Part shown: positions 42,071 to 51,212 of the stretch, one piece after another | How positions within the stretch are numbered: position 1 is the first letter of the stretch | Layout of the letters: every line of letters starts with the position of its first letter | NCBI GenBank assembly: GCA_050331235.1 | Contig: JBHJHA010000035.1 | Location: 64,001-128,000 of the forward strand | Direction of reading: 5' to 3' | Origin: Leptolyngbyaceae cyanobacterium | GTDB taxonomy: Bacteria > Cyanobacteriota > Cyanobacteriia > Phormidesmidales > Phormidesmidaceae | Length of the DNA stretch: 64,000 nucleotides | Notes under the pieces: generated by a model | What the model was told of the DNA's origin: nothing | The model's input: only the letters and a program-made list of their open reading frames with translations | The model's database searches: none | Made by a program: the position numbers and the translations under genes

Positions 42071-43321
42071 ATGCAAAGTTTGAATTCTAAAATTCAACTT
42101 GAAAACTTAGTAAAAATTTATGGCAAAAACCCCGATCACGCCTTGAAACTTTTTCGTCAGGGCGGTAACCGTGATGAAATTTTACAGGCAACCGGCAATG
42201 TCTTAGGGGTTGCTGATGTTTCGCTAACAATCGGCGAAGGTGAACTGTTTGTCATCATGGGCCTTTCGGGGTCGGGTAAATCAACTCTGGTACGCTGTAT
42301 CAATCGCTTGATTGAGCCCACCAGTGGCCATGTTTACATCGATGGGGAAGACGTGGCTCGGGTGAATGATCAGCGCTTGCGTGACATCCGGCGCACCAAG
42401 ATCTCCATGGTGTTTCAGCGATTTGGCCTGTTTCCCCACAAGACGGTTTTGGAGAATACCGAATACGGCTTGAAAATGCGGGGTATTCCGACTGAGCAGC
42501 GACGGCAAAAGGCGCTTGAAACCTTAGATATTGTGGGGCTGCATCAGTGGGCTGACTATGCACCCAGTTCGCTGAGCGGTGGTATGCAGCAACGGGTCGG
42601 ATTAGCGCGAGCTTTGGCCACCGATGCGCCAATTTTGTTGATGGATGAGGCCTTTAGCGCGCTAGATCCATTGATTCGTCGGGGTATGCAGGATGAATTG
42701 ATGCGCTTGCAAACGGAACTGAAGCGCACCATTGTCTTTATTAGCCACGACATTCAGGAGGCGCTAAAAATCGGCGATCGCGTTGCCATCATGAAAGATG
42801 GTTATTTGGTCCAGGTGGGGACTCCGGAAGAAATCGTGACCAATCCGGTGGACGATTACATTGCGGCGTTTACTCAGGATGTTAATCGGGCTCAGGTGCT
42901 CAAAACTGGCTCGATTATGCGAAAAACGGTACCCTACATCCTCGGTCAAGGGTCGGCGCGAGCAGCCCTAGAGGACATGTACCAGCGCGAGCAGTCTCGT
43001 CTCTATGTTGCGGACCGTCAAGGTCGCTTAGTCGGACTTTTGGACCGTGCTGAGCTCCAACAGGCGGTTGACGCAGGGGCAAAAGATGTTCAGTCAGTCA
43101 TGGTGACGGACTTTCCCCAGGTGACTCCCTCCACCAGCTTGGAGGAGATTTTTCACCTCGCCCAGCGGGGTATTCCCATCGCGGTAGTCACTACCAGCGG
43201 CAAATTTAGCGGGGTGGTTGAGCAATCCGACATTTTGGCGAGCATTGGACGACTCAGCCACAACCACAGTAGCGATCGCTTTGCTGCCCCCGACGCTCCA
43301 TCAACCCAGGTAGCGGTTTAG
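42071..43321 (+). CDS. proV: Glycine betaine/proline ABC transporter ATP-binding subunit with CBS domains
   Basis: MGLSGSGKST, LSGGMQQRVGLARA, MDEAFSALDPLIR. Confidence 0.95.
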   Translation: MQSLNSKIQLENLVKIYGKNPDHALKLFRQGGNRDEILQATGNVLGVADVSLTIGEGELFVIMGLSGSGKSTLVRCINRLIEPTSGHVYIDGEDVARVNDQRLRDIRRTKISMVFQRFGLFPHKTVLENTEYGLKMRGIPTEQRRQKALETLDIVGLHQWADYAPSSLSGGMQQRVGLARALATDAPILLMDEAFSALDPLIRRGMQDELMRLQTELKRTIVFISHDIQEALKIGDRVAIMKDGYLVQVGTPEEIVTNPVDDYIAAFTQDVNRAQVLKTGSIMRKTVPYILGQGSARAALEDMYQREQSRLYVADRQGRLVGLLDRAELQQAVDAGAKDVQSVMVTDFPQVTPSTSLEEIFHLAQRGIPIAVVTTSGKFSGVVEQSDILASIGRLSHNHSSDRFAAPDAPSTQVAV

Positions 43322-43369
43322 GGACGGTTCCCTTTGGCGACGGTTTGATGTCAACATTTCACGTGAAGT

Positions 43370-44329
43370 ATGGATAGCGCGATTTCAGACTTTTTTAACT
43401 GGCTTTTTTTGAATCAATCTACCGAAGTTCTGCCCTTAGGGGAGTGGATCTCAGGTGTCGTTGATTGGGTAGTGACTAATTTTCGCTGGATCTTTCAGCT
43501 CATACGGGTGCCCATTAGCCAGGCTCTCAACGGCATTGAGGCTTTTCTACAGTGGCTGCCACCTATTGTCTTTTTAATAGTTTTGGGTTTGCTGGCCTGG
43601 CAGTTTGCCGGGCGCAACTTAGCCGTATTTAGCGTTGTGGCGATGACTTTCGTGGGTCTGATTGGGGCCTGGACAGAAACGATGACGACGCTGTCTTTGG
43701 TGATCACTGCAGTGGTGCTGTGCATTGTAGTGGGGCTGCCTTTGGGTATTGCCGCGGCCCGCAGCGATCGCGTTGAGGCAGTTCTCCGTCCTGCCTTAGA
43801 CGCCATGCAAACACTGCCGGCCTTCGTGTACTTGGTGCCGGTTGTTATGCTTTTTGGTACGGGGAAGGTACCGGGCGTCATCGTGACCTTCATCTTTGCC
43901 GTACCCCCGTTGATTCGGCTGACCAATATTGGCATTCGTCAAGTTTCTGAGGAGACCATTGAGGCATCTCAAGCCTTTGGCTCGACTCCAAGGCAAATGC
44001 TGTGGGAAGTGCAGGTTCCCTTGGCTATGCCCACGATCTTGGCAGGAGTCAATCAGTCCATTATGTTGGCGCTATCTATGGTGGTGATTGCTTCGCTAAT
44101 TGCCGTCGAGGGGCTCGGGCAAATGGTCAACCGAGGGATTGGTCGCTTAGATGTGGGTTTGGCCGCTGTGGGCGGTCTTGGCATCGTGCTCATGGCGATT
44201 GTGCTTGATCGGCTTACCCAAGCTATTGGTCAGCCGCCTAAAGATGGCCTCTCTTGGCAAGATCGGGGTCCGATTGGAGCGATTCGTTCAGCACTGGGTA
44301 AGTCGCGACAGACCCCTGCTACGCCTTAA
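43370..44329 (+). CDS. proW: Glycine betaine/proline ABC transporter permease
   Basis: LDAMQTLPAFVYLVP, PPLIRLTNIGIRQV, AGVNQSIMLALSMVV. Confidence 0.95.
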   Translation: MDSAISDFFNWLFLNQSTEVLPLGEWISGVVDWVVTNFRWIFQLIRVPISQALNGIEAFLQWLPPIVFLIVLGLLAWQFAGRNLAVFSVVAMTFVGLIGAWTETMTTLSLVITAVVLCIVVGLPLGIAAARSDRVEAVLRPALDAMQTLPAFVYLVPVVMLFGTGKVPGVIVTFIFAVPPLIRLTNIGIRQVSEETIEASQAFGSTPRQMLWEVQVPLAMPTILAGVNQSIMLALSMVVIASLIAVEGLGQMVNRGIGRLDVGLAAVGGLGIVLMAIVLDRLTQAIGQPPKDGLSWQDRGPIGAIRSALGKSRQTPATP

Positions 44330-44424
44330 ATCGCTGGTGGACTTGTCGCCGTCTCCGCCTACAATCTTTAGGTTCGAAGACGCGGCATCAACGTATCGTT
44401 TGTTACTTCAATTCTTTCAAAAAT

Positions 44425-45519
44425 ATGAATTTTCAATTTCAACCTTCTGCTGCTTTGACGCTGGGTAAGCGCTGTGGTCTCGCTACGATGTTGGCGATCG
44501 CGATCGCCGGCGTCTCTGCCTGTAACTCAGGAGAGCAGGCCGCCGATCCGGCTGATGAGTCGGCTGAATCAACGGAAACCGCTGCTAGCGACCAGCCGGG
44601 TGAAGGGATCACCGTTACCCCAGGCTACGGCACGTTAGAGGAGCTGTTTCAAACCGAAGTCGTGAATATCGGTCTCGAGCAGATGGGCTATACCATTGAA
44701 CCTGGTAAAGAGCTTGAATATGCCACCTTGCACGTCGATATTGCCAACGGTGGCATTACCTACACCGCCGCCCATTGGGAAACCTTACACGAAGAATTTT
44801 TTGCTAACAGCGGCGGCGATGATTCTTTAGAACGCACGGGCACTTTTATTGACAATGTGCTGCAGGGCTACAAGATCGATCAAGCCACTGCCGAAGAGTA
44901 TGACATTACTTCCGTCGAGCAATTAAAAGATCCTGAGATTGCGGCCTTGTTTGATACCGATGGTGATGGTAAAGCCAACCTCACTGGCTGCAACCCAGGA
45001 TGGGGATGCGAGTTGGTGATTGAACACCAGCTGGATGAATATGGCCTGCGCGATACAGTGCAGCACGACCAGGGACAATATTTCGCGTTGATCGCTGACA
45101 CTATCACTCGCTACGAGCAAGGTGACCCGGTGCTTTACTACACTTGGACGCCCCTCTGGGTCAGCGGTGTGCTCAAGGATGGCGAAGATGTGACTTGGTT
45201 GGAAGTGCCCTATACTTCCCTCCCTGATGCGCAAGGAGACGTCACCGAAGCTGATACCAGCGCTGAGGGCCAAAATTTGGGATTTGCGGTTGATCAGCAG
45301 GTGATTTTAGCTAACCTAACCTTTGTGGATGAGAATCCGGTCGCGGCCAAGTTCTTCGAACTGGTGGAGATTCCCATTGGTGACGTTAGCGCTCAGAACC
45401 AGCTGATTCAAGATGGTGAAGACACGCCCGAACAGATTCGTCAGCATGCGGAAGCCTGGATCGAAGAGAACCAAGAACAGTTTGATAGCTGGATCGAAGA
45501 CGCGATCGCCGCCCAGTAA
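44425..45519 (+). CDS. proX: Glycine betaine ABC transporter substrate-binding lipoprotein
   Basis: Lipobox VSAC; DGDGKANLTGCNPGWGCE; YYTWTP. Confidence 0.95.
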   Translation: MNFQFQPSAALTLGKRCGLATMLAIAIAGVSACNSGEQAADPADESAESTETAASDQPGEGITVTPGYGTLEELFQTEVVNIGLEQMGYTIEPGKELEYATLHVDIANGGITYTAAHWETLHEEFFANSGGDDSLERTGTFIDNVLQGYKIDQATAEEYDITSVEQLKDPEIAALFDTDGDGKANLTGCNPGWGCELVIEHQLDEYGLRDTVQHDQGQYFALIADTITRYEQGDPVLYYTWTPLWVSGVLKDGEDVTWLEVPYTSLPDAQGDVTEADTSAEGQNLGFAVDQQVILANLTFVDENPVAAKFFELVEIPIGDVSAQNQLIQDGEDTPEQIRQHAEAWIEENQEQFDSWIEDAIAAQ

Positions 45520-45550
45520 GATTTAGCTGGTCAATTCAGTCTGGTCTGTT

Positions 45551-45580
45551 GCCCGCCGTTCTATGCAGAACGGCGGGTTT
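45551..45580 (+). terminator. Rho-independent terminator after proX
   Basis: CCCGCCGTTCT-ATGC-AGAACGGCGGG 11-bp stem followed by TTTGT. Confidence 0.75.
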
Positions 45581-45981
45581 GTCATGGGGGGAGGGCATCG
45601 CTCGGGAAGCGTGTGATCCGCGTCAACGCGGTTGGCGGTGATAAACACAAATTCGTCCACGCAATCTTGGGCTGTGGAGCGGTTTTTTTACATAGTCGTG
45701 TTACCCCGCCCCCACTCCCATGAAAACAACCCTATGCGTTTTGGTGTTTATGCTCGCCAGTGTTGAACCGCTAGCGAAGCCTATTGATCGCTATCAACCC
45801 ATCCTGACGGCTGCTGCCGTGAGCGCTACGGTATAACCTATATCGACTATCGACAGATGACGACGGCCATAATCGCTGTTGAAACCGACCGATTGATCAG
45901 CGGGATATGACGGAAATCTAAAGTTTTGACCGGGGCGATCGCGCTGATAAAATTCAGAGTGCTACAATCAATGCTGGCCCA

Positions 45982-46055
45982 GGGCACGTAGCTCAGTTGG
46001 ATAGAGCATCAGATTCCGGTTCTGAGGGTCGGGGGTTCGAATCCCTCCGTGCTCG
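45982..46055 (+). tRNA. tRNA-Arg (anticodon CCG), CCA not encoded
   Basis: Acceptor GGGCACG/CGTGCTC, D arm GCTC/GAGC, anticodon arm TCAGA-TTCCGGT-TCTGA, GTTCGAATC T loop. Confidence 0.97.
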
Positions 46056-46364
46056 TTTTGTTAGGTAACTCACACTGTTGCGGTTTCTTGGCCTCGCTAG
46101 ATCGAGGGCGGCTCATTTTTGGGCGCAATCAGCGTTGGGGCTCAAGGTGCAGGTTGGCAAATTGTCATCATCTTGCCGTTGATGAGCATGGAGATACAGA
46201 TTATGCAGAGGCACTGCCAGCTTGTCTCAAATGGCTAGTAGTAATCAGAGGGCTACAGCTGCTGGATAAGGGTTCGCCCAGTTTTAGGAAATTGGTGTGG
46301 CCAGCTGGAAATGCAGCCGGCAAGAGACTCCTGATAGCGGTCTACAATCGCACGACTACGTGAC

Positions 46365-46395
46365 AAAATCGCCGCTACCAACAGGCAGCGGCGAT
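46365..46395 (-). terminator. Rho-independent terminator after psaM
   Basis: Minus strand ATCGCCGCTGCC-TGTT-GGTAGCGGCGAT followed by a short T run. Confidence 0.7.
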
Positions 46396-46435
46396 CACAA
46401 CGGTTGCTCTTAGTTGAGCAATCTCATCTCACCAA

Positions 46436-46525
46436 TTACTTGTAGAGCTCAGTCGCTAGGCGCAAAGCCAAGAAACCAGGAACTAACGCGACCGCTAACG
46501 CGACGAAAACTTGGGTATCTGTCAT
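46436..46525 (-). CDS. psaM: Photosystem I reaction centre subunit XII
   Basis: Hand translation MTDTQVFVALAVALVPGFLALRLATELYK* (29 aa, below the ORF-track cutoff); AAGGA upstream. Confidence 0.95.
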   Translation of the reverse strand: MTDTQVFVALAVALVPGFLALRLATELYK

Positions 46526-46624
46526 TGCTATGAGTCCTTATTAACAACAGTATTCAGCCTCATCTATCGAGGCTGATCAATTTTTGACCAAGAATTGGCG
46601 CTTAAGCGCTCTGGACGCCCAACT

Positions 46625-46642
46625 GTTACACAGCGTTACCAA
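46625..46642. promoter_or_regulatory. HLR1-like (RpaB-binding) direct repeat upstream of psaM
   Basis: GTTACACA-GC-GTTACCAA matches (G/T)TTACA(T/A)(T/A)-N2 repeat with one mismatch per half. Confidence 0.5.
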
Positions 46643-46897
46643 AAAACATCCCTAATTTTCTTAACTTTGGCCTACCCTCTAAGATTGTCTAGAGGTCTAT
46701 ACCGGTTGCTTGGGAACTGATAATTTGAGTCAGGCTAAGGGTTTCTTGAGCCAGGGTAAGAAGGGCTCCAATCGTCTCAGGTGCTTAGGCTAGGTTAAGG
46801 TTTGGCTGGCGAGCGAGCGAGGGTGACTTAAAACACTGTCTCATGTCTCAACGCACAACATAATTACGCCAATTCGAGCTATTTAAGACTGACTGCT

Positions 46898-47572
46898 GTG
46901 TCTCACTCCAGTACTGCCATTACTGATCAACCTTCACCGCCGCCCTTCAGCAACCAACTTCGGCGCATCCAGCGCGATGTTTTGAGAATGGGAGCACTCG
47001 TTGAGCAATCTTGCTTACTCGCCAAAACCGCGTTGTGCGATCGCAATCTCGAAGCGGCTCAACAACTCAAAACCCACGATAAAAAAATTGATCAGTTTTA
47101 TCGACAGATCGAAGTGGACTGCATTGAGCTGTTGATTCATCCTCCACCTGGCATGCAAGATCTGCGACACGTCAGTGCCTTTATGCAGCTCATTCGTGAT
47201 TTGGAGCGCATCGGTGACTATGCTAAAGATATCGGTGAAGTTGCCATCCACCTATTTCCCCATCCGGCTCACCCCAGCATTGATCAGATCCAAGTCATGA
47301 TTGACCGGTGCCGCTCTATGGTTGCTTTAAGCTTGTTGGCCGTGTCTGATCTCAACGCTGATGTCGGTAGTGACATCAAAATTAAGGACGATGCTGTTGA
47401 TGACGATTACGAGCGGCTGTACCGATGCTTGGTCCAGACTGATACGCCCTTCGTGAATATTGAAGTCGTTGTCTCTCTCGTCTTAGTTATTCGCTATTTA
47501 GAGCGCATTGCTGACCATGCTACGAACGTTGGTCGTCGGATTGCCTATGTCGTGACCGGTGAGCGCATTTGA
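46898..47572 (+). CDS. phoU: Phosphate signalling protein PhoU
   Basis: VLRMGALVE, RDLERIGDYAKDI, DDAVDDDY, LERIADHATNV. Confidence 0.93.
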   Translation: MSHSSTAITDQPSPPPFSNQLRRIQRDVLRMGALVEQSCLLAKTALCDRNLEAAQQLKTHDKKIDQFYRQIEVDCIELLIHPPPGMQDLRHVSAFMQLIRDLERIGDYAKDIGEVAIHLFPHPAHPSIDQIQVMIDRCRSMVALSLLAVSDLNADVGSDIKIKDDAVDDDYERLYRCLVQTDTPFVNIEVVVSLVLVIRYLERIADHATNVGRRIAYVVTGERI

Positions 47573-47999
47573 ACCGGGCAACAGTGGCTAAATGCCTTTT
47601 ATCGAAATAGATAACGTTCGATTTTTTCCAGATTACGGTATAGTGTTTACGGCTTAGGGCTAGCAGCTCTAAAAGTTTGGGCTGTTGATTTTAAACTCAT
47701 TGGCTGCGCCAAAGAGCCAGTTGTTCTGCCGATTTTGTTGACGCTTGACTAGAGTCGGAGATAGCGCAGCGAATAAGAACAGCCGCCTCGACATCAGGCT
47801 TGCTAGTCGCGACAACGACGCCAAGCGCTCTCAGCGCAATGATTTCAGGGCAAGGTCTATCCACTCTTACAGATCCTTGCATCGTGAATGGTTGTCACCC
47901 TTGGCTAACTGAGCATACGAGTGAATTCTCAATTAGGAATCACTGGTTTCAGTTTGTTGTGTGTCACCAAGTTGCCCAGAACTAAGGATTCCTCGCTTC

Positions 48000-50363
48000 A
48001 TGAACTTCTCGATCGCCTCTCTGCTAGCCAACTTTACCGATGGTAAAACACACACCCTCAAAGCTATTCAAAAAAAGCTGCACTGCGATTCGGAGGACAC
48101 CATTCGCGAACTCCAGATTGCCCTCGACGCCCTCGAACGCATTGGCGTCTTAGAAAAAAGTAAAGGCAAGTACCAGCGGGTAGCCGAAGACGGTGTTGTC
48201 GAAGGCAAGCTCCGTTGCTCTAGCAAGGGCTTTTGTTTTGCGATTCAAGACGACGAAGCCGCTGACGATATTTATATTCGCGAAAGCCAGCTGAATACCG
48301 CTTGGAATGGCGATCGCGTTCTAGTCCGAGTCACTAAAGATGGCAGCCGCCGCCGCAGTCCAGAAGGGGAAGTGAAAGTCATCCTCGAACGGGCTAACGC
48401 CTCGGTGTTGGCCCGCGTTAAGCATGAGAGCGATAACTATCAGGCGGTACCGTTGGATGATCGACTGCTATTTGAGCTCAGCCTCGATGGACCCCAGGAA
48501 ACTCTCACCCAAGCTGTTGATCAGCTGGCCCACATTGAGGTCACTCGCTATCCCTTAGCTCAAGATCCTCCCCAGGGCAAGATTGCCCAAATCCTGGGGA
48601 GTGATGCTGAAGCCGCCTCCGATATCGATATCGTCTATTGCAAATACGACCTGCCGCGAACTTTTCCTGAAAATGCGTTAGAAGCTGCTAAAGGTCTCCC
48701 CAATCGTGTTCGCAAAGCGGACATTAAAGGACGACTCGATTTACGTGAAGAGCTGACCGTCACGATTCATAGTGCCCAAGCCCAGGTCATTGATGATGCC
48801 CTTACGGTCAGCCAAGATGCAGACGGCAACTGGAAGCTGGGAGTACACATTGCCGATGTCGCTCACTACGTACCGCTGCACTCTCCCATCGATCGCGAGG
48901 CTCTCAAGCGGGGCATGGCGGTTTATCTCGGCAATGAGATGATTCCCATGCTGCCCCCGCCGCTATCGACCTCGCTGTGTTCTTTCAATCCGGGTAAAGA
49001 TCGTTTGGCGATTTCATTAATCGCTACCCTCAACACCGAGGGCGAAGTCCAAGAGTTTGAAGTGCAGCCTAGCGTTATTGCCGTTGATCACGCGTTGGAC
49101 TATAAGCAGGCCCAAGCTATCCTCGCCAAAGACAGCTCCGCAGAGCTCGAAAAACTTGACGTCAAAGAAAAAGAGTTGAAAAAATTTGAGCCGATTTTTG
49201 ATACAGTGCGTCACCTTTACACCCTGAGTCAAGCGGTGCGCCAGCAACGGATGGCTCGCGGCTCCTTTGAGCTCAACTTGCCTGAGCATGAGTTTCCAGA
49301 TGATGCAAAGGAACCCCTCGCTTCCTACGCCTCTCCCCGGTTTCAATATGACGATGAGGGGCTGCTGGGGGTCATGGTCATTGCCTCGTCGCTGACCGCC
49401 CGGCGAATGGTCACTGAGTTCATCCTGCTGGCAAACCAACTCATTGCGTCCCATCTCAAAGCTTTGGGGGTCCCGGCCATCTATCGACTGCACCGAACCC
49501 CAACGGCATCTGACGTTCAGGAGCTCATGAAGCTGGCTGAAAACATGGATATCAACCTCACCCTTGGCGAGGAAGACACTATTGTGCCCATGGACTATCA
49601 GCGGTTTACCCAGCAATTTGCTGAGTCACCGTCTGAGAAAATATTAACTTATCTTCTCCTCTCAACTTTTAAGCCCGCCTTCTACGGCATTCATCCAGAC
49701 TTGCACTTTGGCCTTGCTTTGGATGATGGCTACACTCACTTTTCCTCGCCGACCCGTCGCTACCCTGATTTGATTACCCACCGCGTCTTACACGCGGTCT
49801 TTTCTGACGGGCGAGATCGCCGCTCCACCCGGTCCAAAGATCGGGTCAATCTGCGACACAGTAGCTGCCACGGCAAGATCAACTGGAATGTTTTGCCTCC
49901 CGAAATCAACGGTGAGCTAGAGGACTATATCAAGCGCATTGTGGGACCGTTAAGCGAGCGGGAGCAATTAGCCCAAGATGCGGAAACCGACTTGGAAGGC
50001 TTGAAAAAAGCCGAGTTTATGCGCGACCATACTGGCTCAGTTTTCCACGGGTTGATTACTGGCGTGCAGTCCTATGGCTTTTTTGTCGAGATCGAAGAAC
50101 TGCTTGTTGAAGGACTGGTACATGTCAGCTCTCTCAAAGATGACTGGTATGAGTACCGTGCACGCCAGCAAAAACTTGTAGGTCGCAAGAACCGCCGCCA
50201 GTTCCGCCTGGGCGATCGCGTCGAAGTCCAGGTTAAAAGTGTCGACTACTACCGCCAGCAAATTGACCTCATCGTCATTGGCGGCGGCAGTGAAGCCAGT
50301 GAAGACGATCTCACAGATGACGAGGTCAACGGTGAAGAGCAGCCCCACGACGAGTCGGAATAA
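48000..50363 (+). CDS. rnr: Ribonuclease R/RNB family exoribonuclease
   Basis: Cold-shock domain KGFCFA, IDDA, VHIADV, YTHFSSPTRRYPDL, S1 domain VEGLVHVSSL; start placed at ATG 48000. Confidence 0.9.
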   Translation: MNFSIASLLANFTDGKTHTLKAIQKKLHCDSEDTIRELQIALDALERIGVLEKSKGKYQRVAEDGVVEGKLRCSSKGFCFAIQDDEAADDIYIRESQLNTAWNGDRVLVRVTKDGSRRRSPEGEVKVILERANASVLARVKHESDNYQAVPLDDRLLFELSLDGPQETLTQAVDQLAHIEVTRYPLAQDPPQGKIAQILGSDAEAASDIDIVYCKYDLPRTFPENALEAAKGLPNRVRKADIKGRLDLREELTVTIHSAQAQVIDDALTVSQDADGNWKLGVHIADVAHYVPLHSPIDREALKRGMAVYLGNEMIPMLPPPLSTSLCSFNPGKDRLAISLIATLNTEGEVQEFEVQPSVIAVDHALDYKQAQAILAKDSSAELEKLDVKEKELKKFEPIFDTVRHLYTLSQAVRQQRMARGSFELNLPEHEFPDDAKEPLASYASPRFQYDDEGLLGVMVIASSLTARRMVTEFILLANQLIASHLKALGVPAIYRLHRTPTASDVQELMKLAENMDINLTLGEEDTIVPMDYQRFTQQFAESPSEKILTYLLLSTFKPAFYGIHPDLHFGLALDDGYTHFSSPTRRYPDLITHRVLHAVFSDGRDRRSTRSKDRVNLRHSSCHGKINWNVLPPEINGELEDYIKRIVGPLSEREQLAQDAETDLEGLKKAEFMRDHTGSVFHGLITGVQSYGFFVEIEELLVEGLVHVSSLKDDWYEYRARQQKLVGRKNRRQFRLGDRVEVQVKSVDYYRQQIDLIVIGGGSEASEDDLTDDEVNGEEQPHDESE

Positions 50364-50535
50364 GACTCGTACTACAAAAATCGTTACACTGGGAAGGCGG
50401 AGACAATCGCATGAACCGAGCCGTAGCCTAAATACATCGTCATCACGTCAAGTTTGACTCATGGCCATTGAGCCCTTGGCCAGTGCGTTGGCAAAAGCGA
50501 CAGATCTCTGTTAATAGTCGGCGCGCACGGATCTA

Positions 50536-51168
50536 ATGAAAGACGTAGGAAAAACGCTACCGCTTACTCTAGGCATCACTGGCGCTTCGGGGTTAATTTA
50601 TGCCGTTAGAGCAGTGAAGTTTTTGCTCGAAGCGGATATTCCCGTTGAGCTTGTTGCCTCCAAAGCCACCTATCAAGTGTGGAAGGCTGAACAAGATATC
50701 CAAATGCCGGCAGAGATGGTTGCCCAGGCAGATTTTTGGCGCGCGCAAGCTGGTGTCGAGACCCAAGGAAAGCTGCGCTGCCACCCCTGGAGTGACGTTG
50801 GAGCTAATATTGCCAGCGGCTCCTTTAGAACCTTAGGCATGGTGATTATGCCGTGTAGCATGAGCACTATTGGCAAATTGGCCGCGGGGCTCAGCTCAGA
50901 CCTCTTGGAACGGGCCGCCGATGTGCAACTCAAAGAAGGTAAGCCGCTAGTACTCGTGCCGCGTGAGACCCCCCTCAGCCTGATTCATTTAAGGAATTTA
51001 GTGTCCTTGGCAGAGGCTGGGGCTCGCGTCGTACCTGCGATTCCAGCCTGGTATCATCAGCCCCAAACAGTTTTAGACCTTGTTGATTTTGTCGTTGCCC
51101 GAGCCCTCGATCAATTTGGTCTCGATTGTGTCCCCCTGCGCCGCTGGCAAGGACACCATCCGGATTGA
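50536..51168 (+). CDS. ubiX: Flavin prenyltransferase
   Basis: GITGASG, IASGSF, PCSMST, RAADVQLKE, PRETP. Confidence 0.95.
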   Translation: MKDVGKTLPLTLGITGASGLIYAVRAVKFLLEADIPVELVASKATYQVWKAEQDIQMPAEMVAQADFWRAQAGVETQGKLRCHPWSDVGANIASGSFRTLGMVIMPCSMSTIGKLAAGLSSDLLERAADVQLKEGKPLVLVPRETPLSLIHLRNLVSLAEAGARVVPAIPAWYHQPQTVLDLVDFVVARALDQFGLDCVPLRRWQGHHPD

Positions 51169-51212
51169 CAGGCGATCACTGCACCGTAAACGAGCCGGCC
51201 TGCTCTCTTGTC

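Noticed and set aside
46056..46364. Integrated element at the tRNA-Arg 3' end
   Set aside because: No integrase and no duplicated tRNA 3' end seen; a core gene (psaM) follows within 400 bp
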